A DNA stretch of 64,000 nt. Origin: Lentimicrobiaceae bacterium. Lineage in GTDB: Bacteria > Bacteroidota > Bacteroidia > Bacteroidales > JALOCA01. This document shows, piece after piece, positions 18,542 through 27,173 of this stretch (position 1 is the stretch's first letter; each line of letters opens with the position of its first letter). Both the position numbers and the translations under genes were made by a program. The notes under the pieces are model-generated. The model saw only the letters and a list, made by a program, of their open reading frames with translations, searched no databases and was not told the origin of the DNA. Location of the stretch: the NCBI GenBank assembly GCA_023227965.1, contig JALOCA010000016.1, positions 511 through 64,510 of the forward strand, in the 5' to 3' direction.

Positions 18542-20650
18542 ATGAATTATCAGCAAGCAGCAAACGACAATAGGAAATTTAAAAGATACACTGTAACATC
18601 GGCATTGCCTTATGCCAACGGTCCCATCCATATAGGGCATCTTGCCGGAGTTTATGTACCCGCCGATATTTATGTGCGTTACCTTCGTTCAAAAGGCGAA
18701 GATGTAATTTTCATTGGTGGAAGCGACGAACACGGAGTTCCAATTACAATTCGCGCACGAAAAGAAGGGCTAACACCTCAGCAGGTTGTGGATAAATACC
18801 ACGAAATGATTAAGAAATCATTTGAAGAACTTGGAATTTCTTTCGATATTTATTCACGAACTTCCAATCAGGTTCACCACGAAACCGCATCCGGATTTTT
18901 TAAAACCTTGTATGAAAAAGGAGCCTTTATTGAAAAAACCTCGATGCAGCTTTACGATGAAGAACAACAACAATTCCTTGCCGACCGCTATGTTACGGGC
19001 ACTTGTCCACATTGTGGCAACGAACGTGCCTATGGCGACCAATGCGAAAACTGCGGTACTTCGCTCAATGCTACTGACCTCATCAATCCCAAGAGTGCTT
19101 TAAGCGGCAATGTTCCGGTGATGAAGGAGACAAAGCACTGGTTTCTTCCCCTCGATGCCTACGAAGCCTGGCTTAGAAAGTGGATACTCGAAAATCATAA
19201 AAACGACTGGAAAACCAATGTTTACGGACAATGTAAGTCGTGGATTGACCAGGGACTTCAGCCACGTGCAGTTACCCGCGACCTCGACTGGGGAGTGAAA
19301 GTTCCCATTCCTGAAGCCGAAGGGAAGGTGCTTTATGTGTGGTTCGATGCCCCAATAGGATATATTTCGGCTACCAAAGAATGGGCACAGAAAAAAAATG
19401 CTGAATGCAAATTGCCGAATGCTGAATCGGAAATTGATTGGAAATTATATTGGAAGGATAAAGAAACCAAATTGGTTCATTTCATTGGTAAAGATAACAT
19501 AGTGTTTCATTGCATAGTGTTTCCGGTTATGCTTCATGCCGAAGGCAGTTATATCGTTCCCGAAAATGTTCCCGCCAACGAGTTTCTGAATCTTGAAAAC
19601 GATAAAATAAGCACCTCGCGCAACTGGGCTGTTTGGCTTCACGAATACCTTGAAGAATTCCCCGGCAAGCAGGATGTACTCCGCTATGTGCTTTGCGCAA
19701 ATGCCCCCGAAACCAAAGACAACGACTTCACCTGGAAAGACTTTCAGGCAAAAAACAACAACGAACTGGTAGCCATCCTCGGAAACTTTGTCAACCGCAC
19801 CCTGGTGCTTACCCATAAGTTTTTCGAAGGAAAAGTGCCTCAAGTAGCGGAATTAAGCGATTACGACCGCCAGGTTCTGCAACAATTTTCCTCTTTTCCC
19901 GAAAACATTGGCACGAGCATCGAAAATTACCGCTTTCGTGAAGCTCTTGGCGAAATGATGAATTTTGCACGTCTCGGCAACAAATATCTCACCGACAGCG
20001 AACCATGGAAACTCATTAAAACCGATCCCAATAGGGTGAAAACCATTCTGAACATCTCGTTGCAGATATGTGCAAACCTAAGCATTGTTGCCGAACCGTT
20101 TCTGCCTTTTACCGCTGCAAAAATTGCGTCTTTGCTTCATCTGGAAAAACATTCATGGGAAAATGCTGGCAATTCACAATTGCTGCAGGCAGGCATTCAG
20201 TTAGCTCAACCCGAACTACTGTTCGATAAAATAGATGATAGCATCATCGAAATTCAGGTAAACAAACTTTTAGACACCAAAAAAGCCAACGAGCAAGAGC
20301 CTTACCAGGCAAATCCCTCCAAACCTCTTATCGAATTTGAAGACTTCGGGAAAATTGACATCCGTACCGGAACAATCCTCGCTGCCGAAAAGGTAGCCAA
20401 AACTAAAAAGTTGCTAAAACTCACCATTGACACCGGAATTGACAAACGCGCAGTAGTTTCGGGCATTGCCGAATATTACGAACCCGAAAATATTATCGGG
20501 CAGAAGGTAAGCATTTTGGTGAATCTTGCTCCCCGCAACCTCAGAGGCATCGAAAGCAAGGGGATGATTCTTATGGCTGAAGATGCCGATGGCAGGCTGT
20601 GTTTTGTAAGCCCTACCGAACAAGTGAAAAACGGAAGTGAGGTGAAATAG
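18542..20650 (+). CDS. metG: Methionine--tRNA ligase
   Basis: 702 aa. HIGH motif (PIHIGHLAG), zinc knuckle CPHCGN...CENCG, a KMSKS-equivalent region and a C-terminal tRNA-binding (EMAP-like) domain. Confidence 0.95.
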   Translation: MNYQQAANDNRKFKRYTVTSALPYANGPIHIGHLAGVYVPADIYVRYLRSKGEDVIFIGGSDEHGVPITIRARKEGLTPQQVVDKYHEMIKKSFEELGISFDIYSRTSNQVHHETASGFFKTLYEKGAFIEKTSMQLYDEEQQQFLADRYVTGTCPHCGNERAYGDQCENCGTSLNATDLINPKSALSGNVPVMKETKHWFLPLDAYEAWLRKWILENHKNDWKTNVYGQCKSWIDQGLQPRAVTRDLDWGVKVPIPEAEGKVLYVWFDAPIGYISATKEWAQKKNAECKLPNAESEIDWKLYWKDKETKLVHFIGKDNIVFHCIVFPVMLHAEGSYIVPENVPANEFLNLENDKISTSRNWAVWLHEYLEEFPGKQDVLRYVLCANAPETKDNDFTWKDFQAKNNNELVAILGNFVNRTLVLTHKFFEGKVPQVAELSDYDRQVLQQFSSFPENIGTSIENYRFREALGEMMNFARLGNKYLTDSEPWKLIKTDPNRVKTILNISLQICANLSIVAEPFLPFTAAKIASLLHLEKHSWENAGNSQLLQAGIQLAQPELLFDKIDDSIIEIQVNKLLDTKKANEQEPYQANPSKPLIEFEDFGKIDIRTGTILAAEKVAKTKKLLKLTIDTGIDKRAVVSGIAEYYEPENIIGQKVSILVNLAPRNLRGIESKGMILMAEDADGRLCFVSPTEQVKNGSEVK

Positions 20651-20676
20651 TTTTTATTTCTTTAAGAAAATAATTG

Positions 20677-20748
20677 TAGCCCCACCAGGAATCGAACCTG
20701 GATTTAAAGTTTAGGAAACTTTCGTTCTATCCGTTGAACTATAAGGCC
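20677..20748 (-). tRNA. tRNA-Arg (anticodon CCT)
   Basis: The reverse complement folds as a cloverleaf. Acceptor GGCCTTA/TGGGGCT (three G-U pairs), D arm GTTC-AACGGATA-GAAC, anticodon arm AAAGT-TTCCTAA-ACTTT, T arm CCAGG-TTCGATT-CCTGG, discriminator A. CCA is not encoded. Confidence 0.85.
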
Positions 20749-20773
20749 TAGGTATTAAGTTTAAAACTTTTGG

Positions 20774-20781
20774 CAAAGATA
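20774..20781 (-). promoter_or_regulatory. -7 promoter box TATCTTTG for tRNA-Arg
   Basis: The reverse complement of CAAAGATA lies 25 nt upstream of the tRNA 5' end. Confidence 0.45.
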
Positions 20782-21006
20782 TAAATTCTGCATTAAAACC
20801 GGGCTTTTTTTAATGAGAAAACGAACATAAAAACTGGATTAATATGCTATTCCTCTAATAAAACCATTGCCAGACAGCACTTTTATGTCAGCCAACAACT
20901 GCAAATTGGTATAAAAGAAAAAAATCACAAGTAGTGTAAAACTTTACAGGTTTTATTCCACACCCGAATAAATTTTTCTATTATTGCATTGCAAAAAAAA
21001 TATTCA

Positions 21007-24000
21007 ATGAAAAAGGTCTTTTTCGTATTTAACTTTCTCCTGATTGGGATTTTTTGCTTTAGTCAAGCCACAAATACAGATTACTACCAGCAAAAAAAAG
21101 AGGAAAATGCCTTTAAAGAAATTTCTTCCCGCCTTCCGGTGCTGAAATTACCTTCCGGCTACAATGCAAAATCCATGCCTTCGTATGTTGACAATTCCAA
21201 ATTTGCTTTTTTCCATGAAATAATCAGTCAGGGTGATTTTCCTTCCTGCCAGCAGGTAAGTGCCATTTGTTATGATTTTACTTACGAAATTGACCGAAGC
21301 CGTAATCTTCCTGCAGATATACCTTCCAACGAATACCCGGCACATTATACATGGAACTATCTGAATTACGAAGGCTGGAATGGATCGAGCTTTTTCTTTA
21401 GTTTCGATGTAATTAACAAACAAGGTACACCCGATATTGCACACTACGGCTACGATTCGGTTGTAGGAGATATGCTATGGATGAACGGTTACGAAAATTA
21501 TTACAATAGCATGCAAAACCGTATTGCAAAGGTTAACCGTATTCCGTTGAATACCGAAGATGGCATACAAACAGCAAAAGCCTTTCTGTATGACCGCCTT
21601 GACGGTTCACCGACAGGAGGAGTTTTTACTTTTAGCGCTTCCAGCCCATGGAATTACGAAAATATTCCTCAGGGAACCCCCGAAGCCGGTAAATTTATCA
21701 TGATAAAATGGCTTTCGCCCGCAACGCACGGAATGACCATTGTGGGTTATAACGATTCTATCCGGTACGATTTAAACAATGACGGAATTTACTCCAACCA
21801 GCTTGACAATAATAATGATGGAGTGATAGATGTGAAAGACTGGGAAATTGGGGCTTTTATTTTTGCAAACTCTTATGGAAAAGATTGGGCTAACTTAGGT
21901 TTCTGTTATGTATTGTATAGTGCAATGGCTTTAAACTATGGCGAGGGGGGTGTTTCCGAACAATCAGGATATAGCATTGACGTTAAAGCAAATTATCAAC
22001 CTCTGCTGACTATGAAAGTGAAGCTAACCCATACAAGCCGTGGAAAAATTTGTATAAAAGCAGGAGTAAGCTCTGATATTTCTGCTAACGAGCCCCAACA
22101 CCTGATTGATTTTCCGATTTATAACTTTCAGGGAGGCAACCATTACCTGCAGGGAATTGACACTGCCAATTTTTATAAAACCATTGAAGCCGGATTCGAC
22201 ATCACCCCATTGTTAAGCTATGTTAATCCAGGTCAACAGGCTAAATTTTTTCTTGTTGTAAATGAAAATGATGCCCAGAACAGCTCCCCGGGAAGCATTC
22301 AAAATTTTTCGGTTATCAGTTATTCTGAAGGAGAACAGGAATTCCTTTCACAGATGCACGATATTAATATTGCCAACAACAGCACCACTTTACTTTCGGT
22401 AGTATCGGCAATAAATTTCGATAAAATTCAAATCAGCAACGATTATATTCCGGCTTTCACACCCGCCCAACCCTACTCTGTTCAACTCCAGGCTGAAGGC
22501 GGAACAACGCCCTATCAGTGGAATATCTTCAAAAATTATACTGTTTTACACGAAAATACTGCAATGCCCTCCACTTCTCAGAATAGCCTCCAAACCCCGA
22601 ATCCTTATTCTCCAAGTGAAGGTATTGCACTGCCATTTCAGTTTCCCTTTTACGGAAAAAAATACGATTCTGTTTACATTAACCGGTTTGGATTCGTAGC
22701 ATTCAGGCAAAACACCTATCCCTATCCTTATTGTAAGGATGAGGTTCTAATGATGAAATCACTTGGAAGCATCTGCGGAGTAATAGCCGAACGTATTGTA
22801 AATGAAACCACGCCGGAATGCTGGTACGAAATCTCTGCCGAAAAGGTTGATATTCGCTGGCAAATCACTGATTCCGGTTCGGGATTACCCGTTGTTCTTA
22901 ATTTCTGTATTCGTCTTTTCCCTTCGGGAGAATTTGAAATAATTTATGGCGAAATTTCCAATGCCAATCTGTACCCTTTGGCACTCGGCGTTTCTGAAGG
23001 CAACGAACTGAACTTCCAATTGGAATACGAAAGAAACATGAATCAAAAGGCATTTTCTTCTTACCATTATGTTCCTGTTGCACTTCCCGAAGGTATTGAA
23101 TTGAACCAGGATGGTGTACTTACATTCGAAAATTTTTCCGCTTCGGATATTTTCCGCATAACCATTCGCGCTAACGATGCAAACGGCATTTATTCTCAAA
23201 AAACCTTTACAGCTTCCAATGGGTTGGATATTAGTGTAAGCTATGTTGCCGGCAACGATGACAAAATTTCTTTGAACGAAAATGCTCTGGTACAGCTTAC
23301 GGTAAAAAACACGGGTGACGCTGTTTTAAACAATATAAACCTGCAACTGAGTAACTACGAAGGAGTTTTCCAACTTACCGACAGCACCGAAACTATTTCG
23401 GTTCTGAATCCCGGCGACAGTATCACCCTGCCACAGGCTTTCGGATTTAAACTAAACAAACTTCTTAGCGATGGCTCTGTTTTTACCCTGTCAGTTTTGG
23501 CTCAGGAAGGTGAACACGAATGGATTAAATATCTGACAATTACCGTTGCATCTCCTTCTGTCGAAATTGAAGAACCTTACATTTTCGATGGCAGCAACTC
23601 CCTGCTCGACCCCGGCGAAACCGCCGAACTGATAGTGCCAGTGATAAACAAAGGCTCTCTTTTTTCGGAAAACAATGCTATTACATTATCTGTCAACGAC
23701 CCCTATGTATCTGTACTGTCTTCGGTAAATGCTTCTATTGACACACTTTATCCCTCGGTTTATTCCAACCAAAGATTCCTTCTGAGCGCCTTACGCGAAA
23801 CTCCCCTCGAATATTATGCCAATGTTTCTGTAAGGTTTACTAACAATTTGGGAACCGACACCCTTTATCAGTTTGCTCTGCAAATAGGTACTCCTTCGGT
23901 AGTTATAATAAGTTTAAATTCCAATACGGCTACCGCTGACAGCCTTAAAAACCTACTCGACACTTTACAGGTATCTTATAAAGTGATAGATAGTATCCCT

Positions 24001-25026
24001 GCTGTTCTTGGAAAAGCTTCATGTGTTTTCCTGCTTTTACCCTTCATAGGCTCAGGTCATGCTTTAACCCCTTTCGAAGGCGAATATTTGTCCAATTACC
24101 TTACCCAAGGCGGAAATCTTTACATGGAAGGTTATAAAACATGGTATTATGACGACCAGGTATCAATCAACGAATTGTTACATTATTATGGTAGTTCTTG
24201 TTCCAGGTATTATTTCGATACTATTACCGGGCAAAACAACACTATCGCCCACGATCAAAACTTTTCTTATTCCGGAGTACCCAATTATGCAATTTATCAA
24301 CTGGTGCCTGGCGAAGGTTCGTTTTCACTTTTCAATAATGTTGCCCAAAGCCCGCAATGTGTTCAGTTTGCACGTGTTGATTCAAATTTCAAAGCAATTG
24401 GTTCAATGGTTTCATTCGCTAGTCTCAAAAATTTAAACGACTCTCAGGCAAAAATGAAACTGTTAAAATCGTACCTCGACTTCTTTAATGTGAATATTAC
24501 AAACCTTCATCCCTTGTTCCATACTGATAGCACTTCTGTTTGCCAGGACGAAAGCATTAATTTCAGCGACGATTCATATAACAATATTGTTTCGTGGCAA
24601 TGGACTTTTGAGGGAGGCAATCCTGCCACGTCTGACGAAAAACAGCCAGTAGTTTCCTATCCTGAGCATGGTGTTTACGATGTTAGCCTAAGCATTAGCG
24701 ATGGAACCCAGGAACTTTCTATTGTGAAAAAGGATTATATTACCGTAAACGATTGTACTCATATTCCCGATTCGGGTGTCCAGAACGATTTTTGTGTTTA
24801 TCCAAATCCGGCTGAGGATTTCATTTATTTTAAAACCTTCAATAATGTAAACCCATTTTCCAGAGTAGAGCTTTTTGATTTACAGGGAAGGACATTGTTG
24901 TCGGAAAAATTACCGAACGGATTGGCTATTTTTTACTTAGATATCAGGAAAATAAGAAGTGGTTTGTACCTTCTGAGGTTAAGCGGAAATTCCGTTTCGC
25001 AGGTAAAAAAATTAGAAATAAAGTAG
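21007..25026 (+). CDS. Large multidomain secreted papain-like (C1-type) cysteine peptidase homologue with PKD domain and T9SS C-terminal sorting domain
   Basis: Start taken at ATG 21007 (MKKVFFVFNFLLIGIFCFSQA signal); the track ORF begins at an upstream TTG. Putative Cys in QGDFPSCQQVSA (21247..21249), His in ATHGMTIVGYND (21727..21729), and an Asn/Trp region ANSYGKDWANLGFCYV. PKD-like ESINFSDDS...WQWTFEGG...GVYDVSLSISDG. CTD YPNPAEDFIYF...GLYLLRL...LEIK. Confidence 0.7.
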   Translation: MKKVFFVFNFLLIGIFCFSQATNTDYYQQKKEENAFKEISSRLPVLKLPSGYNAKSMPSYVDNSKFAFFHEIISQGDFPSCQQVSAICYDFTYEIDRSRNLPADIPSNEYPAHYTWNYLNYEGWNGSSFFFSFDVINKQGTPDIAHYGYDSVVGDMLWMNGYENYYNSMQNRIAKVNRIPLNTEDGIQTAKAFLYDRLDGSPTGGVFTFSASSPWNYENIPQGTPEAGKFIMIKWLSPATHGMTIVGYNDSIRYDLNNDGIYSNQLDNNNDGVIDVKDWEIGAFIFANSYGKDWANLGFCYVLYSAMALNYGEGGVSEQSGYSIDVKANYQPLLTMKVKLTHTSRGKICIKAGVSSDISANEPQHLIDFPIYNFQGGNHYLQGIDTANFYKTIEAGFDITPLLSYVNPGQQAKFFLVVNENDAQNSSPGSIQNFSVISYSEGEQEFLSQMHDINIANNSTTLLSVVSAINFDKIQISNDYIPAFTPAQPYSVQLQAEGGTTPYQWNIFKNYTVLHENTAMPSTSQNSLQTPNPYSPSEGIALPFQFPFYGKKYDSVYINRFGFVAFRQNTYPYPYCKDEVLMMKSLGSICGVIAERIVNETTPECWYEISAEKVDIRWQITDSGSGLPVVLNFCIRLFPSGEFEIIYGEISNANLYPLALGVSEGNELNFQLEYERNMNQKAFSSYHYVPVALPEGIELNQDGVLTFENFSASDIFRITIRANDANGIYSQKTFTASNGLDISVSYVAGNDDKISLNENALVQLTVKNTGDAVLNNINLQLSNYEGVFQLTDSTETISVLNPGDSITLPQAFGFKLNKLLSDGSVFTLSVLAQEGEHEWIKYLTITVASPSVEIEEPYIFDGSNSLLDPGETAELIVPVINKGSLFSENNAITLSVNDPYVSVLSSVNASIDTLYPSVYSNQRFLLSALRETPLEYYANVSVRFTNNLGTDTLYQFALQIGTPSVVIISLNSNTATADSLKNLLDTLQVSYKVIDSIPAVLGKASCVFLLLPFIGSGHALTPFEGEYLSNYLTQGGNLYMEGYKTWYYDDQVSINELLHYYGSSCSRYYFDTITGQNNTIAHDQNFSYSGVPNYAIYQLVPGEGSFSLFNNVAQSPQCVQFARVDSNFKAIGSMVSFASLKNLNDSQAKMKLLKSYLDFFNVNITNLHPLFHTDSTSVCQDESINFSDDSYNNIVSWQWTFEGGNPATSDEKQPVVSYPEHGVYDVSLSISDGTQELSIVKKDYITVNDCTHIPDSGVQNDFCVYPNPAEDFIYFKTFNNVNPFSRVELFDLQGRTLLSEKLPNGLAIFYLDIRKIRSGLYLLRLSGNSVSQVKKLEIK

Positions 25027-25039
25027 AGTCGGAAATATT

Positions 25040-26635
25040 TTACAACTCGAAACCCATGTAATGTTGCTGTTGTTCCGCCTTGGGATAATCGAGTGAAAAA
25101 TGCAAACCGCGGCTTTCTTTGCGTTCCATCGCCATTTTGATAATAAGATATCCTATGTTGATAAGGTTGCGAAGTTCGCAAAGTTTTACGGTTAGTATAG
25201 ATTTGTTATACAGGTCTTCCGTTTCGCGATAAATAATATCTAACCTATCGAAAGCCCTTTTTAAGCGAAGATTGGAACGGACGATACCTACGTAATTTGT
25301 CATAATTGACTGAACTTCTTTGAGTGATTGAGTTATGAGTACCATTTCTTCGTTCAGCACCATACCTTCTGCATTCCAATCGGGAATTTCATCGCACCAG
25401 GAAATATTTTTAAACCTTTCAGCCGAATGAAGGCTTGCACGATGTGAAAAAACCAGGGATTCCAACAAAGAATTAGAAGCAAGCCGGTTTGCCCCATGCA
25501 AGCCGGTAGAAGAGCATTCGCCGGAAGCATACAGGTTAATAATGGAACTACTGGCATTTTCATCTACCTTAATCCCACCGCAACAATAATGTGCAGCCGG
25601 AACTACAGGGATCATGTCTTTTATAAAATTGATTCCAAGACTAAGGCATTTTGCATTGATAGCCGGGAAATGATTGAAAAGTTCATCCCTGTCGAGATGG
25701 CGGCAATCGAGATACACATGATCTTCGCCGCTTATTTTTAATTCATTATCAATTGCCCTTGCAACAATATCGCGCGGAGCCAGCGAGCCTCTCTGGTCGT
25801 ATTTTTCCATAAAAGTATTTCCATCATAGGTTTTTAACTTAGCGCCAAAACCCCGCAAAGCTTCAGTAATGAGAAATGACGGTTTTTCGTTAGGATAATA
25901 AAGTGATGTGGGATGAAATTGGATGAATTCCATATTTTCGACGGCACCCTTGGCACGGTAAACCATTGCAATACCGTCTCCGGTAGCAATTGGTGGATTG
26001 GTGGTAGTGCCGTAAACATTTCCTGTACCGCCGGTGGCAATCATGGTAATCTTGGCAAGGATGGTATGGATTTCATTGGTTTGTTTATCCAAAACATATG
26101 CACCGTAGCAGGTGATGTCCTGGGTACGGCGGTTTACTTCTATTCCCAGATGATGTTGGGTAAGAATATCTATGGTAAAATAATTTTCGAGCAGTTCAAT
26201 GTTTGGATGGTTACGTATTTGTTTTAGCAAAACCTGTTCAATTTCCAGTCCGGTTTGGTCTTTATGATGTAGCACCCGATATTCAGAGTGTCCTCCTTCC
26301 TTGGCGAGATCGTATTTTCCCGATTTGGTTTTATCAAAATCGGTACCCCAGCCTATCAGTTCTCTCACCCGTTCGGTGGATTCAGTAATGGTGATGTGAA
26401 CAATTTCTTCGTTGCTGAGATTGTCTCCGGCTATCATGGTATCGCGGATATGTTTTTCGTAAGTATCAGGGGTGTACATCACTGCAGCAATGCCTCCCTG
26501 TGCATATTTTGTGGATGTTTCTTCCGCTTTCGATTTGGTAACAATGCACACTTTTCCACTGTCAGCCATTTTTAAAGCATAACTTAAACCGGCAATGCCC
26601 GAACCGATAACCAAAAAATCAACTTTCTTTCGCAT
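25040..26635 (-). CDS. nadB: L-aspartate oxidase
   Basis: 531 aa. FAD dinucleotide fold DFLVIGSGIAGLS, plus the succinate dehydrogenase/fumarate reductase flavoprotein-like core and C-terminal helical domain typical of NadB. Confidence 0.92.
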   Translation of the reverse strand: MRKKVDFLVIGSGIAGLSYALKMADSGKVCIVTKSKAEETSTKYAQGGIAAVMYTPDTYEKHIRDTMIAGDNLSNEEIVHITITESTERVRELIGWGTDFDKTKSGKYDLAKEGGHSEYRVLHHKDQTGLEIEQVLLKQIRNHPNIELLENYFTIDILTQHHLGIEVNRRTQDITCYGAYVLDKQTNEIHTILAKITMIATGGTGNVYGTTTNPPIATGDGIAMVYRAKGAVENMEFIQFHPTSLYYPNEKPSFLITEALRGFGAKLKTYDGNTFMEKYDQRGSLAPRDIVARAIDNELKISGEDHVYLDCRHLDRDELFNHFPAINAKCLSLGINFIKDMIPVVPAAHYCCGGIKVDENASSSIINLYASGECSSTGLHGANRLASNSLLESLVFSHRASLHSAERFKNISWCDEIPDWNAEGMVLNEEMVLITQSLKEVQSIMTNYVGIVRSNLRLKRAFDRLDIIYRETEDLYNKSILTVKLCELRNLINIGYLIIKMAMERKESRGLHFSLDYPKAEQQQHYMGFEL

Positions 26636-26651
26636 TTTTTTAATTTGCCTG

Positions 26652-26659
26652 CAAAAGTA
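26652..26659 (-). promoter_or_regulatory. -7 promoter box TACTTTTG for nadB
   Basis: The reverse complement of CAAAAGTA lies 16 nt upstream of ATG 26635. Confidence 0.45.
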
Positions 26660-26738
26660 CTAACAAAGTACAAATGCTGGTTTATAAAAAAACGTAGTTA
26701 AAAAAGTAAATTAAAACCATATGGACTGCAAAATTGTA

Positions 26739-26746
26739 GTAATTTT
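26739..26746 (+). promoter_or_regulatory. -7 promoter box TAATTTTG for ssrA
   Basis: Matches TAnnTTTG, 11 nt upstream of the mature tmRNA 5' end. It is embedded in a perfect 12-bp inverted repeat (26722..26752). Confidence 0.5.
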
Positions 26747-26757
26747 GCAGTCCATTC

Positions 26758-27128
26758 TGGGGCTGACTGGATTTGACAGCAAGGGAGTGGAATTGTAAGC
26801 ATGCCGAGCGTTGTGTAAGTGGCTCGTTAAACCCAATGCTCACCGCCTATAAACGGCAACGATTATAATTACGCAATGGCTGCTTAATCAGGAAGATTAA
26901 GCACCCGTTTGCTCTCCGGGAAGCCCTGTCTGACGGCGTCCCGTCAAGAGCATCGCAAATGACAGACTGGTTATTCCAGGGCTTTGATGGAATGATGAGA
27001 TTAAAAAGCTAAGGAGGAGGTTGGCTCGTTGTCTGCCGGCTGATTCCCGACAATTTTAAAGGCAAATAAGCATGTAGAAAGCACTTTTGCTACTTGTTTG
27101 GACCGGGGTTCGAGTCCCCGCAGTTCCA
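26758..27128 (+). ncRNA. ssrA: Transfer-messenger RNA (tmRNA)
   Basis: 5' GGGGCTGACTGGATTTGACAGC... and 3' ...GGACCGGGGTTCGAGTCCCCGCAGTTCCA form the tRNA-Ala-like acceptor/T-arm. An internal tag frame ends in ...AMAA-TAA. Confidence 0.9.
26855..26887 (+). other. tmRNA proteolysis-tag reading frame (GNDYNYAMAA, stop TAA)
   Basis: GGC AAC GAT TAT AAT TAC GCA ATG GCT GCT TAA. The resume codon assignment (GGC) is inferred from the usual Bacteroidota tag shape (G..NYA.AA). Confidence 0.6.
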
Positions 27129-27130
27129 CA

Positions 27131-27160
27131 AAAAAATGCCGGATTTTCCGGCATTTTTTT
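27131..27160. terminator. Bidirectional rho-independent terminator between ssrA (+) and the prolyl oligopeptidase gene (-)
   Basis: AAAAAATGCCGG-ATTTT-CCGGCATTTTTTT. A GC stem flanked by an A-run and a T-run. Confidence 0.8.
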
Positions 27161-27173
27161 GTATACCAGATAT

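Noticed and set aside
20989-21006. N-terminal extensions suggested by the track (20989 TTG for the peptidase, 44104 for the ABC permease, 47750 for fabD, 50925 for bactofilin, 61946 for DUF1648)
   Set aside because: In each case an internal ATG gives a canonical N-terminus: a signal peptide, MNKIILI..., MKAYVFPGQGAQ, MAKQP... or MANNTK... It also removes the overlap with the upstream gene or terminator.
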